From a virus (taxonomy: Duplodnaviria; Heunggongvirae; Uroviricota; Caudoviricetes), in IMG/VR virus record IMGVR_UViG_2740892442_000004: a DNA stretch of 64,000 nt. One strand, written 5' to 3'. Below are positions 21,101 through 30,695 of the stretch, piece by piece. A model generated the notes under the pieces. The model was not told where the DNA came from. It did not search any database and worked only from the letters and a program-made list of their open reading frames with translations. Position 1 is the stretch's first letter. Every line of letters begins with the position of its first letter. Position numbers and translations under genes: made by a program.

Positions 21101-21627
21101 TCAACGTACTCATGACACGTATGGCGGCTGAAATGGGCTTGGGTGAGGAGTTGATACGCCCGACTATTGGTATTAAACCCAAAATCATGATCATTCTGGA
21201 CAATGCGAACGGCAATGACGCTCGTACCGGCTACTTCATGGAGAACGGATACGACGACTTTAAGGCAAAACTACTGACAGTTGGAGATCTGCGCATGGGC
21301 GATCTTTATGTCACGGGTGTTTGTAAGAAGGTTAAGGACAAAGAGAAAGACTATACCAAAGACGAGATAGGCCAGTTCACAGACTTTATGCGGGAAGAAA
21401 TTAATCTTGTACGACCAACCTACATTTTGACGTGTGGTAGTCGTTCAACCGCACTATTTAACAATAAGAGTAAACCATCAGATCTGATTGGTCGTAAGGA
21501 GTACTTCCCAGAGCTTGATGCAACCGTCTTCTACGGATTTAACCCGAATATCCTGTACTTCCGACCGGAAGAAGGAGAGCGACTGGAGGCCATTCTGGCT
21601 GATATCGCGGAGACAATAAATAAGTAA
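18109..21627 (+). CDS. dnaE: DNA polymerase III alpha subunit (DnaE-type)
   Basis: PHP N-terminus; catalytic GPGRGSSAGSLVAWCIGIT motif; 1172 aa; conserved AAAGGTAAAAACACATG leader. Confidence 0.85.
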   Translation: MKALMVRTDFSLGESALKAENAVKIAREAGYTAVISADSMNIASVIPLQRAAGDDMAVICGVKLNIVDDPTYEHRAKLAKESMRCMESLERGRNYSFTALIKNEQGYRDICELMTAANTREQFYFVPRLSLEQLVSTYAKGNIILLTSDIGSVFQRNDFAKIISTLITAGGKDNFYSVVYPHPTPFYDQINVRAMKVASALKIEPVAFYPAYYESIDDADIKDIAHMVTNNIKIDQPHRLRIPHQRDNAVNGRRHLLEALKAFSVRMDVPVTAAMASTTQDTIIDACTWRWHELPPALPKMADDEPATLMKLAVAGLRKRLTTKEFGYTPPASENRVYVERLKYEMDTLTRLGFCGYFLMVRDLMNHSRETGIPVGPGRGSSAGSLVAWCIGITNVDPIRHGLLFERFINPERLDLPDADLDFSQARRHEVIEYLNERYGEDYVAGIPNFTYLGAASALRDTARIYGVESADMAVSKELKNVEDDSLPLEELREQLASLDKYATKYPDAFNAACKLQSLMRGFGRHAAGMIVAGVPLTERTPVERRGDARCIAFDKRYCEAMGLIKLDVLGLATLDLLDSAKLYIKENTGEDINLDAISLEDRKVLDGFAAGYSQGVFQLESGPMRKLLKDLGGGIEPMSFKTVVATTALFRPGPIQSGMLDDYVSVAKGFMTPESLHPVLDELTAETNGVILYQEQTMNATRLLAGFTMAEADAVRSAIGKKNMEKMKSMGEKFIVQAQAGWIDVELEDGTTQRIHRAEHFKCEDGTLKTVEEALEHGAKLPINAVRVTASHPGLSEMKAKEIWTAFEKNGAYQFNKSHSVAYSLISYQSMWLKTHYPAEFFAAALTILGEDKHQGLVKDALTYGIRVLPPDVNVSSNRIEIRTLEDGSQALYAPFSAVKGCSENGCQAIMRAREKVGGKFESVAQFDEAVEKRACNSRVRESLHKVGAFASIEPGSLPATDPERLRDQAELMGNLIIDAVKASRPFEMNPKRSAEINVLMTRMAAEMGLGEELIRPTIGIKPKIMIILDNANGNDARTGYFMENGYDDFKAKLLTVGDLRMGDLYVTGVCKKVKDKEKDYTKDEIGQFTDFMREEINLVRPTYILTCGSRSTALFNNKSKPSDLIGRKEYFPELDATVFYGFNPNILYFRPEEGERLEAILADIAETINK

Positions 21628-21636
21628 TAAAGAAAA

Positions 21637-21658
21637 CCCGCCTGTTGGCGGGTTTATA
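21637..21658 (+). terminator. Rho-independent terminator after dnaE
   Basis: cccgcctgttggcggg followed by tttat. Confidence 0.6.
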
Positions 21659-21930
21659 AAGAATTATGGCGCTTGTTGAGGAAGTCACTCCTCTTACGCA
21701 CTTTGTTTTGCCATGCCGGCAGTTAGCTTCTGCCTTTGACTATTCATGCGGCAACCCCGCATTTCGCCACAATGGGCAATTCACTTTTATGGAATAAACT
21801 GGCCGTTGTGTCGATTTAATTAGCATGGCCTTACCATGCTAATTTATTCAACTTGTACAATCCTACAAATCTATCCACTCAGGCTTACACCGTCTTCGTT
21901 ATTGTAGAAATGAGGATCATCAGCGTTGAA

Positions 21931-22146
21931 TCAGCTTAGAGCAACGACATTTGCTGCTGCTGGGCCTTTAGCCCCATTCTCGATAGAGAATTCGACCTGC
22001 TGGCCTTCTTCCAAAGTGCGGAAATTATTACTCTGAATTGCCGAAAAATGTACAAAAACATCTTTACTGCCATCAGCAGGAGAAATAAAGCCAAAGCCTT
22101 TATCAGAGTTAAACCATTTTACTAAACCAGTCATTTTATTAGACAT
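21931..22146 (-). CDS. cold-shock protein (CspA family)
   Basis: [21 protein letters not shown]...[11 protein letters not shown] motifs; close to enterobacterial CspA. Confidence 0.8.
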   Translation of the reverse strand: MSNKMTGLVKWFNSDKGFGFISPADGSKDVFVHFSAIQSNNFRTLEEGQQVEFSIENGAKGPAAANVVALS

Positions 22147-22475
22147 AGATATTACCTTCTTAATTTTGTGAGCCACATAGTGCGGCGAGAATTTGATCTG
22201 TATAGATTGGGACTTACTTAGGCACTTAAGGAGGAGACTCACGAAGAAGGGAAATCAGAAGATAACACTGAACTGAGACTGCTTTACTAAAACTGCTTAC
22301 ATAAGGTCTGTCTTGCAAACCAACGATGCTATTAACGCATACCCCTTCTTTTCATGCAACCTTTATTTTTCAAAGATAACTAATTTTTGTCACCATTGGT
22401 TTAGTAAACGTTAACGAACCAGACGATGCCAGACACCTTTACAGAGAACAGATGCCCGCCAATTGGCGGGCATCA

Positions 22476-23075
22476 TTATGCGCATTTCGCAATATCTTTG
22501 CGGCGTTTAATCAGTTTCTCCGCAATTTGCTCTATTTCGTTGAAATCTTTCGAGACGCTGTTTCGAAGCGCCAGATTCCATTTACTCAAAGTTCGGGCAT
22601 TTTGGACAATTTGATCGCCCTCTTTAAGTCGTCCGTTATTCATGAGCCATTCAGCCACATCAGCCCAATCCCAGAGAGGAGACTGGCCTTTTATGCGTTG
22701 TACAGGGCAAGGGAAGTCGCCGCTTCCGCGCTTACCGTCTTTGAGCAACGCCACTGCCTGGCGAGACAGGTCTGTCAGTTCCGCGATATCGCTTAAGCCC
22801 ACAAGAGCCGAGTCGACGGATTCAACAATTGCACCGATACCGGCTGATTCAATATTGTCGACCGCAGATGCGATAGCTGCATCAAGTGATTGTGCTTCGC
22901 GGTCAAATTCTACATAGACGGAGTTTCCATATGCGCAAATTAGCGCATCGTCACAGCCGTTTTGGTACAGCGCGTCTTCCAGTCCTTCCGTCTCATACGA
23001 TACGCCTGAGAGCGTCAGAGTGAAGTTATAAAGCGCCATAGTTTTCCTTTGAAGATAGTTGGACAGTTTCTGCAA
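22476..23075 (-). CDS. hypothetical protein (possible DNA-binding C-terminus)
   Basis: 199 aa ORF co-directional and 25 nt downstream of the small ORF 23100-23324. Confidence 0.45.
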   Translation of the reverse strand: MQKLSNYLQRKTMALYNFTLTLSGVSYETEGLEDALYQNGCDDALICAYGNSVYVEFDREAQSLDAAIASAVDNIESAGIGAIVESVDSALVGLSDIAELTDLSRQAVALLKDGKRGSGDFPCPVQRIKGQSPLWDWADVAEWLMNNGRLKEGDQIVQNARTLSKWNLALRNSVSKDFNEIEQIAEKLIKRRKDIAKCA

Positions 23076-23099
23076 AAGGCGGCTAATGCCGCCTTGAAA

Positions 23100-23324
23100 T
23101 CATTTACAACGATCAACCATTCGTTTGATCTGTTTGGCATGGTTTTCGGGATTACCCGGAGTCGACCATACGCTCATTTGGTGAGTTTTGTGTTCACCTT
23201 CTGGATTACCGCATCGCAGTCTGCAAAAACAATGTGCAGCACCACCAGCTGCTACCCAGATCCAGCCTTTACTTAATGCATAGTCAATGGCTGCTTGAAT
23301 ATGCTTATTCGGATGTTGCTTCAT
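23100..23324 (-). CDS. hypothetical small basic protein
   Basis: 74 aa ORF; His/Cys/Lys-rich. Confidence 0.4.
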   Translation of the reverse strand: MKQHPNKHIQAAIDYALSKGWIWVAAGGAAHCFCRLRCGNPEGEHKTHQMSVWSTPGNPENHAKQIKRMVDRCK

Positions 23325-23578
23325 TCGCCTCCGATAATAGTATTCTATTCACAGTGTTGACATCTGTCAACGGCGACTGAATTTCATCCGTTCATGCCAC
23401 ACCCCCATCCATCTCATGTATGTGACCTAAAGATGGTCAGCACAGCTTACCAAAATAAGACAACTAATTATCTTCGGTGATCTCAATATTTTCCCCTGAA
23501 CAAAGTTGACATGACGCCATAAACCCGTTCTCTGTTTGATATAATTGATACAGATTTTATAAGTAGGAACCTATTAGA

Positions 23579-24010
23579 GTGAACACTGATATTTTTTCTA
23601 AAATCATGGCCGATCTGGAGTTCGACCGCGACAACCTTGAGGAAGTATGGCGTAAACAGCCACGGCTTTTAATGGAGTATGGGTCAAAACTAGCGCAGGC
23701 AGATCGAGATGTCGCAGAGGCAAAACTTAACCTTGAAGCTGTTGAAGCAAAGCTATACGACACAGAGCGTAAGAACTTGAGTATGAACGGCATTAAGTTC
23801 AACGAGTCTGTACTGGACGCTAAGGTTAAAACAAACCCACAGTATCTGTCTAAACGGCAGAAGTTGGATGAAGCACGGCACATCGCAGACATATACAAAC
23901 ATGCTGTCGCCGCCTTTTCGCATCGCCGAGACATGATCGTTCAGGCGTCAAAGATGGCCATCGTTGAATTAGAGCGATTAGGCTCTGAACGCTTTATTAC
24001 TCCCCGTTGA
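23579..24010 (+). CDS. hypothetical coiled-coil protein
   Basis: 143 aa ORF, GTG start with AGGA upstream. Confidence 0.45.
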   Translation: MNTDIFSKIMADLEFDRDNLEEVWRKQPRLLMEYGSKLAQADRDVAEAKLNLEAVEAKLYDTERKNLSMNGIKFNESVLDAKVKTNPQYLSKRQKLDEARHIADIYKHAVAAFSHRRDMIVQASKMAIVELERLGSERFITPR

Positions 24011-24127
24011 TTTTTGATAGATAATAAGTAAGCACTGATCTATCATTTAACAGCTCGAAAGAGCCACGAATGAACGAAAGCCCAACGCGCATAGCGCCAT
24101 CGGCCAAATCACAACAAGGAGAAACAC

Positions 24128-25156
24128 ATGTCTAAGACATTACTTGATTTGCTTAACAAAACTCGTGAAGACATTGCCGCCAAACGTGGCAACAACGTTG
24201 ATCTGACTCGCTTAAAAGACGGCGTCAACTATATCCGCATCTTCCCGAATAAAGACGACCCAAACGGTAAGTTCTTCCAGACTTTCGGTATGCACTACGT
24301 TAAGTATCAGAACGAGGAAGGTAAAGAAGCAACCAACGCTTATATTTGTGAGCAACATACTCACGGTCGCGCTTGTCAGCTATGCGAAATGGTTATGGAA
24401 GGTCGCGCTCGTCACAAGGGTAACAAAGCAATGGAAGAACGCATCGGTCAAATGCGTGCCACTCCTCGCTACCTGGTCAACGGCATTCTTTCTGCTCGTG
24501 AGGATTTCGCAGATGCTGAGAAATGCCAGTTAATCGAGCTGCCGTCTACTGTATTCGATGATATCTGCAAAGCAATCACCGAAGACATCGCTGATGATAT
24601 CGGCAATCCACTGAGCAAAGAGGAAGGCTACGCATTCCTGATTAAACGTACTGGCTCTGGTCGCGATACCAAATATGACGTCTCGCCTAAGCGTAAAGTC
24701 TACAAAGGCGATATCGAAGATAAATTCTGGAACACCCAGCATGATCTGATCGCATACGCAAATCAGGCTGATGAAACTCGTCTTCTGTCGACAGTTCGCA
24801 CTATGGGTCGTCTGATTGGCATCGCTGCACCAACTGCCGCAGCATCTGCACCAGCAATTTCCTCAACCGCGAAAACATCGGCTGCGGCACTACCTGGATT
24901 TGGCTCTGTCACTGGTCATACAGAAGGAGCGACGGCTGTAGCAACCGCGCACACACCGGCTTCTGAACCAACCAGTCTGGTTGATGAAGAAATCCTCCGT
25001 GCCGTTGAAACTGAATTTAAACCAGAGGCAAGTTCCGCTGCCGTTGCCGTATCAGTCAAAGAGTCTGAAGCAGTCGCAGCGACATCTGTAGCAACCGCAT
25101 CTGCGACGGAAGATGAAGGTCTGGATGACCTACTGAGAGAGCTGGACTCTCTGTAA
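24128..25156 (+). CDS. ssDNA-binding protein (gp32-like) with Ala/Ser/Thr linker and acidic tail
   Basis: Putative zinc site CEQHTHGRACQLC; acidic C-terminus EDEGLDDLLRELDSL. Confidence 0.5.
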   Translation: MSKTLLDLLNKTREDIAAKRGNNVDLTRLKDGVNYIRIFPNKDDPNGKFFQTFGMHYVKYQNEEGKEATNAYICEQHTHGRACQLCEMVMEGRARHKGNKAMEERIGQMRATPRYLVNGILSAREDFADAEKCQLIELPSTVFDDICKAITEDIADDIGNPLSKEEGYAFLIKRTGSGRDTKYDVSPKRKVYKGDIEDKFWNTQHDLIAYANQADETRLLSTVRTMGRLIGIAAPTAAASAPAISSTAKTSAAALPGFGSVTGHTEGATAVATAHTPASEPTSLVDEEILRAVETEFKPEASSAAVAVSVKESEAVAATSVATASATEDEGLDDLLRELDSL

Positions 25157-25172
25157 TCCCATTACGTGACCA

Positions 25173-25201
25173 GTAAGGCGTCTACGGACGCCTTACTTTT
25201 T
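25173..25201 (+). terminator. Rho-independent terminator
   Basis: gtaaggcgtctacggacgccttac followed by ttttt. Confidence 0.65.
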
Positions 25202-25216
25202 GGAAGGAATGTACCG

Positions 25217-26160
25217 GTGAATTATCTCTTCGTAGATGGCAATAGCTGGGTTATTACCATCAACAATCTGACAAATTGCACAACGGCGAAATGGAAGTAC
25301 AGGCTGCTTTCGGCTTTGTTAAGAACGTCCGTCGTTATGCCTCCATCCTCCATGCCCGACCTATGATTCTTTGGGATGGATTTAGTGACAAGCGTCGCGA
25401 CTTTTACCCGGACTACAAAGCAAATCGCGACGACGATCCTGATATGAAAAAGATGAAGGAAGGCTTTGCTATCCAGAAGCCATACATCCTCAAAATGATG
25501 ACCGCGCTTGGAGTTACCCAACTCATTGCAAAAGATGCAGAAGCGGATGATCTGGCCGGGCTGCTGGTATCCCGCATGGCACCGCAGCCAACCGTTGAAC
25601 ACATCTATCTGTTAACAGGCGATAGCGACTGGCTTCAGTTAGTTCGTGAAAACGTAAGCTGGGTAAGCCTGCGTGAAGACGCCAAAAACAAGCAGGTTAA
25701 TTTTGAGCAATTTGCGGAGCTGACAGGATTCGCCACGCCTCGCGCATTTTTGGAAGCAAAAGCATTACAAGGAGATAACTCGGACAACATTAGCGGTGTT
25801 GGTGGCATTGGTGCTGGCGGTGCGAAAGAGCTGCTGCATGAATGGGGAAGTGTCGCAACGATGGTACGCGGCATCAACGACGGCTCAATCGTGGTTAATA
25901 AAGGGCGTCATAAGACCGCCTTCAACAAACTAGCGAAGAATGCCTTCAACGAGAAAACAGGCTGTCGAATGCTCGAAGCGTTCAAGAGAAACATCACGCT
26001 AATGAACCTGATTGAGACGAAGTTTCCGCCTACCGAAATCGAAACAATCAAAGGCAATCGTGACGTGAAAGCATTCGAGCAACTGTGCTACGAGCTGAAT
26101 TTCCGTTCGTTCCTTGAAGACCTTGAAGTGTTTGTTCTTCCATTCGAAAGGTATTGCTAA
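25217..26160 (+). CDS. 5'-3' exonuclease / flap endonuclease, apparent frameshift near 25245-25280
   Basis: N-terminal VNYLFVDGNSW in one frame; remainder (AEADDL, GDNSDNISGVGGIG H3TH) in another. Confidence 0.6.
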
Positions 26161-26426
26161 TGCTTAAATCGATTATCAATGGCGCTACAACCACCCCTGC
26201 CCAACTGGCAAAAGAGATTGTCTTTTATCACGGTGAGTACGCTGTCATCGCACTGCCGTCAATTCTAGGCGCTGCCGGAATGAAAGCGACAGATCGCGAG
26301 TTTGGATTAGTCAGCGAGCAGGTCGTAAAAATCCTCGCTCGTGTATCCAGACTCCTTAACCACGATGCGATTGTATTCGATGAATCCGCCGCTTTAAAAC
26401 GAATCAACGAAACAAAAGGAGCCTGA
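26160..26426 (+). CDS. hypothetical protein
   Basis: ORF overlapping FEN stop. Confidence 0.4.
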   Translation: MLKSIINGATTTPAQLAKEIVFYHGEYAVIALPSILGAAGMKATDREFGLVSEQVVKILARVSRLLNHDAIVFDESAALKRINETKGA

Positions 26427-26428
26427 TC

Positions 26429-27502
26429 ATGGCAAAAGGAAAATCCGCACTGGCACTTGCTCTGAAAAAGAAAATCGGTAGCAACGACGAAATTCAGAAA
26501 GTAACTCATTGGATTGATACAGGCTTTCCACCGTTAAACAAAGCTATTTCTGGTCGTTACGATGGCGGCTTCCCATGTGGTCGTATCGTCGAAGTATTCG
26601 GTCCTCCAAGTGCAGGGAAAACGTTCCTTGCAACAGCAGCGATGATCTCCGCTCAAAAACAAGATGGTCTGGCGGTATTCCTCGATCATGAAAACAGTTT
26701 TGACGTTGGCCTGGCTGTCGCCAATGGCCTGAACGCAGATGAGGATGACGGTCAGTGGGTATACAAGCAGCCAGATACCTTCGAAGACTCTGTAGAGTTG
26801 ATCGGCACAATACTTAAATTGGTTCGTGATGAAGAGCTTATCCCCGAATCAGCACCAATCTGTATCGTGGCTGACTCTCTTGCGTCTATGGTTCCGAACT
26901 CCAAAGCCGAGAAGTTCGAAAAGATGGCTGAAGGCACTGCCAAAGACAAAGATCAGCTAAACATGAACGACAATACGGCACTGGCTCGTGCGACGAGTGC
27001 GAACTTCCCTACTCTGGCTTTGTGGGCACGCAAATACAACGCCTGCATCATCTTCTTGAATCAGGTTCGCACAAAAATCGGTGTAATGTTTGGCGACCCT
27101 ACTACGTCGCCAGGTGGAGATTCACCGAAGTTCTACGCTTCTGTACGTATCCGTCTTGGTGCATCGGTGATGAAGGATGGTAAAGAGAAGATCGGCCAGG
27201 ACGTAGGCGCAGAATGCATCAAAAACAAAGTTGCACCACCGTATGGCAAATGCACCTGGAAATTCTACTTCGATCCTACTCGTGGCCTCGACGTTATCGA
27301 ATCGCTCGTCGAGTACATGCTGGAAGAAGGATACCTGCCAAAGAACGCCAGCGGGCGAGTTGAAATTGGTGACAAGAAATACACCAAATCGCAGATCGTC
27401 GAGATGTATCGGGAGAAGCCACTGGCTGAAATCATTGCGGCTTTGCAGGCAATCGACGACCGAAGAGCAAAAGACAACCCCACCGAGTCAGTAGAAGAGT
27501 AA
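26429..27502 (+). CDS. RecA/UvsX-like recombinase
   Basis: Walker A GPPSAGKT; RecA-fold core; 357 aa. Confidence 0.7.
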   Translation: MAKGKSALALALKKKIGSNDEIQKVTHWIDTGFPPLNKAISGRYDGGFPCGRIVEVFGPPSAGKTFLATAAMISAQKQDGLAVFLDHENSFDVGLAVANGLNADEDDGQWVYKQPDTFEDSVELIGTILKLVRDEELIPESAPICIVADSLASMVPNSKAEKFEKMAEGTAKDKDQLNMNDNTALARATSANFPTLALWARKYNACIIFLNQVRTKIGVMFGDPTTSPGGDSPKFYASVRIRLGASVMKDGKEKIGQDVGAECIKNKVAPPYGKCTWKFYFDPTRGLDVIESLVEYMLEEGYLPKNASGRVEIGDKKYTKSQIVEMYREKPLAEIIAALQAIDDRRAKDNPTESVEE

Positions 27503-27506
27503 ACAC

Positions 27507-27531
27507 AAGGCGTCCTGTGGACGCCTTTTTT
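27507..27531 (+). terminator. Rho-independent terminator
   Basis: aaggcgtcctgtggacgcctt followed by tttttt. Confidence 0.65.
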
Positions 27532-27594
27532 ATCTCTTGAAAATATATAAGCACTTACTTATTATTTTCGCATAACAACCACATAGGAAAACAC

Positions 27595-27795
27595 ATGATC
27601 AAAATCTATCTATTGGCAGTAGCCACAGGCCTTTCAGTGGCTCTCATCTACGGTTTACTGGTTCCGTCGCTGATTTCTACCAAGAGTGATTTAGCCGTCA
27701 TGTTTGGAGTTATCGTTGGTTTTGGTGCTCCTGTAATCGGTCTTATTGCTGGTCGTAAGTTTATCAACTCATTAATCAAAGCAAAGGGGAAATAA
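27595..27795 (+). CDS. small membrane protein (possible NfeD-like partner of SPFH protein)
   Basis: 66 aa, two hydrophobic helices; immediately upstream of SPFH gene. Confidence 0.4.
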   Translation: MIKIYLLAVATGLSVALIYGLLVPSLISTKSDLAVMFGVIVGFGAPVIGLIAGRKFINSLIKAKGK

Positions 27796-27798
27796 GTA

Positions 27799-28628
27799 AT
27801 GAAGAAAGGTTTACTTGCAGTTGCTCTGGCGGCTATTTGCACAATGGGTCTTACTGGCTGTGATCGCGTGGAGCTGGATACGTTGGCATCAAAGTAAACA
27901 AATTAGGTGAAGACAAAGGGATTGGTGAAGTGGTTGGCGTTGGTCGCCAATGGACAGGTCTTAACACCGAACTTTACGTATTCCCGACCTTCAAACAAAT
28001 GAAGACCTACGACGAGCCGTTCACATTCCAGATGAGTGACGGTACTGCTATTGGTCACAAAATTGGCGTTGCGTATCTGGTTAATCGTGACAAGGTAACG
28101 ACGGTGTTCCAGACCTATCGCAAAGGCGTAGACGATATCACCGAATCAGATCTGCGTCAGAAAATTGCCGACTCTCTAAACCGTTTGGCCAGCCGTATGA
28201 CCACTGACTCATTTATCGACGGTGGTAAGGCACAATTGCTGGACAACGCACTGAAAGATATTCAGAAAGAGATGTCTCCGGTTGGTATTGAGGTACTGAG
28301 CCTGTCATGGGTTGGAAAGCCTGATTACCCAAAAACTGTCATTGAATCTATTAACGCCAAAGTAACGGCTAACCAGCGTACTCTGCAACGTCAGCAGGAA
28401 GTTGAACAACGTAAAGCTGAGGCGAATATGCTACGTGAACAGGCTAATGGTGAAGCTGATGCTATCCGTGCTCGTGCGCAAGCAGAAGCAGACGCCATTC
28501 GTCTGCGCGGTGAAGCTCTGCGTCAAAACCCGAACGTTATGGAACTGGAAGCCATCAATAAATGGAATGGCCAGTTACCGCAGTACATGACTCAAGGGGC
28601 TAACACTCCTTTCATTACAGTGAAATAA
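27799..28628 (+). CDS. SPFH/band-7 domain lipoprotein, apparent frameshift near 27862-27870
   Basis: Lipobox signal MKKGLLAVALAAICTMGLTGC stops after 32 aa; SPFH body continues in another frame (…QRQQEVEQRKAEANMLREQANGEADAIRARAQAEADAIRLRGEAL). Confidence 0.5.
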
Positions 28629-28644
28629 CTCCCCTAAAAAGTTC

Positions 28645-28669
28645 AGGCGTCCAGTTGGACGCCTTTTTT
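28645..28669 (+). terminator. Rho-independent terminator
   Basis: aggcgtccagttggacgcct followed by tttttt. Confidence 0.65.
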
Positions 28670-28689
28670 ATCGCAATTATCTTATTAAG

Positions 28690-28703
28690 AAAACAATTTG
28701 TTT
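28690..28703 (+). promoter_or_regulatory. Palindromic AAAACAATTTGTTT element
   Basis: Same palindrome family, 17 nt upstream of ATG 28720. Confidence 0.4.
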
Positions 28704-28719
28704 AAAAGGATAAGAAAAC

Positions 28720-29145
28720 ATGACAGCTATTAAGAAACTCTACGATGCCGCAAACGTGGCTCTGGATGTTATTGATGATGAAGCAGCAAAAGGCTTTCCT
28801 GAACCTGATTGGGCGCATCAGCTACGAAACGCTATCGCCGAAATGAATCCACCAGATCCGACCACCGACGAGACAGACTGGCAGCGATTTATCCGTATGT
28901 ACGCTCAGGAAATAGGTCCAACGCCAACGGCAGAGCAAGCAATGCTGCTGAAATACTTCAAAGAGGCGGGAGAGGATTTACCAATTGATGACTCAGCATA
29001 TTGGTTCCACTGCGCATGGCGTAAGTATGACGTGATATTCACACAAGGCATGGGGAGCAAAGATATGGTTGTGTGGCATCTACTCCATATAGACACAGCC
29101 GTTGACAGAGTTATTGAACAGTTTTTCCCTAAACAAGAAGATTGA
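28720..29145 (+). CDS. hypothetical protein
   Basis: 141 aa ORF. Confidence 0.45.
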   Translation: MTAIKKLYDAANVALDVIDDEAAKGFPEPDWAHQLRNAIAEMNPPDPTTDETDWQRFIRMYAQEIGPTPTAEQAMLLKYFKEAGEDLPIDDSAYWFHCAWRKYDVIFTQGMGSKDMVVWHLLHIDTAVDRVIEQFFPKQED

Positions 29146-29200
29146 TCGCCTATTCATAACTAACAAAATAAGTAAACACTAACCACAAAAGGAAAAACAC

Positions 29201-29476
29201 ATGAGAGTTTTAGTTCGAATCGTTACCAGCACTGTCTATGACGTGTTTCCGCTTTTTATGGTCAAAGCCGATGGCCTTAACGACGAAGAAACTGACGCGC
29301 TGATCCAGCGTATTCTCGTTGAATATACAGGTCATGACGCTGATTCAGTGATGGTTGATGATGATGGTGTTTGTTGGCATAACGGCAACTGTTGGTACGT
29401 AGAAGAGACTCAACAAATCAGTGATGAAGATGCCGCACATCTTGAGCGTATTTTAAGCATCAGCACTTTTGAGTGA
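29201..29476 (+). CDS. hypothetical acidic protein
   Basis: 91 aa ORF after AAAGGAAAAACACATG leader. Confidence 0.45.
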   Translation: MRVLVRIVTSTVYDVFPLFMVKADGLNDEETDALIQRILVEYTGHDADSVMVDDDGVCWHNGNCWYVEETQQISDEDAAHLERILSISTFE

Positions 29477-29691
29477 GTTTACAGTAAAATTTATATAAGT
29501 TAGTATCTACCTATCATGAAGATTTTTATTGAATACTTGTTACTCATCGTTTCAATAGCTTTTGTCATCGACTGCATTTTCACCGGTGTCATTCGTAAAG
29601 TCTTTTCCCCGGTGAACGACGTAGTCATAAACGCTTTGGCTATCGTGCTCGTATTTAATTCAGCATTTGATGTAATCAAAGAGGTGGCAGC

Positions 29692-30027
29692 ATGAAGGCC
29701 ATCCCATTCGCGCTGTTGTTCCTTTCTTCGATCGTTGTGGCCGACACCACTGTTTATCAGTGTGAAATGTCTGTAGCCGACGTTAAGAATGGCGCTCTTA
29801 CCGACGTCATAAAAGCACCATATGGAGCGATGGTCGTAGACAGCGGCGACCAGTTCTATGTTGTGCGTGACGATCGAGTGTTGTCATCCCCATATCTCAC
29901 AAATCGTAATGGCAAATTAACCGGCGTCGGAGAAGACCACTTCGTATACAACAAATACAAGGGCTTCTATGGTGTTCACGCTTCTCAGCAAAGCTACCTT
30001 TTCGATGACTGCAAGGAGGTTGGATAA
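29692..30027 (+). CDS. hypothetical secreted protein
   Basis: Signal-peptide-like N-terminus MKAIPFALLFLSSIVVA. Confidence 0.45.
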   Translation: MKAIPFALLFLSSIVVADTTVYQCEMSVADVKNGALTDVIKAPYGAMVVDSGDQFYVVRDDRVLSSPYLTNRNGKLTGVGEDHFVYNKYKGFYGVHASQQSYLFDDCKEVG

Positions 30028-30224
30028 TGGCATTAACACTGGCAGGTCTGGAAATCGAGAAAACAAGCGGCTACTGGCGTGCTAAGGGTTTCAAGCAGCC
30101 TGGCATTCTTGAGCGTCTGGAACGTGAAGATGGGTATATCGTCCACCAGCGGCGTGAATGGCGTATGTACGATCCAGAAACAGGAAAACTGACTACAAAA
30201 GCCGGAACACTTTGGGTCTGTTAA
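30027..30224 (+). CDS. hypothetical small protein
   Basis: 65 aa ORF overlapping upstream stop. Confidence 0.35.
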   Translation: MALTLAGLEIEKTSGYWRAKGFKQPGILERLEREDGYIVHQRREWRMYDPETGKLTTKAGTLWVC

Positions 30225-30284
30225 AGAAAATACACTAAATGCAAACTGACTGCGGCACGTTCCGCAGTCATATTTCATAGTCGT

Positions 30285-30695
30285 CACCGCTGACAGCATA
30301 CACAATCAACTACCGCTGATAGCATATCGAGAGTCTATCTCACCGCTCACAGCATACTTTACTCGATTTTTTACCGCTGACAGCATACTTAAGACATTGC
30401 ATGAATAATGTGTACCGGTATGGGTATAACCAGAACAAAATTACCGCTGGCAGCATACGAAGGTCTGACATATACCATTAATTACCGCTGATAGCATATC
30501 CAAACTGGAATGCACTCTTCGAGGTTAGTAACCACTGGGGAGGTATGACAGAGCATTGAGTGGTGATAGATGATTTACCGCCCACAGCATACGTTCATCT
30601 CACTATACCGCTGGTAGCATATATTTAACCGTTTACAGCATACTTTTCAGAAAAATAGCCGCTGATAGCATACATTTCACCGCTGACAGCATATC
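30285..30695. repeat. Iteron array, about 11 copies (consensus ACCGCTGACAGCATAC), downstream of repA
   Basis: Degenerate direct repeats at irregular 20-70 bp spacing. Confidence 0.75.

Noticed and set aside
18445-21215. Antisense ORFs inside dnaE (for example 18445-18873, 18744-19076, 20137-20442)
   Set aside because: They lie entirely within a long, well-supported sense-strand gene and have no ribosome-binding sites; treated as spurious.
22426-23276. Plus-strand ORFs 22426-22614, 22452-22796, 22642-22917, 23049-23276
   Set aside because: They overlap minus-strand ORFs with better coding features and show low-complexity composition.
30285-30695. Possible CRISPR array
   Set aside because: Repeats are only about 16 bp, degenerate and irregularly spaced (20-70 bp), with no cas genes; they bracket a rep-like gene and behave as iterons.
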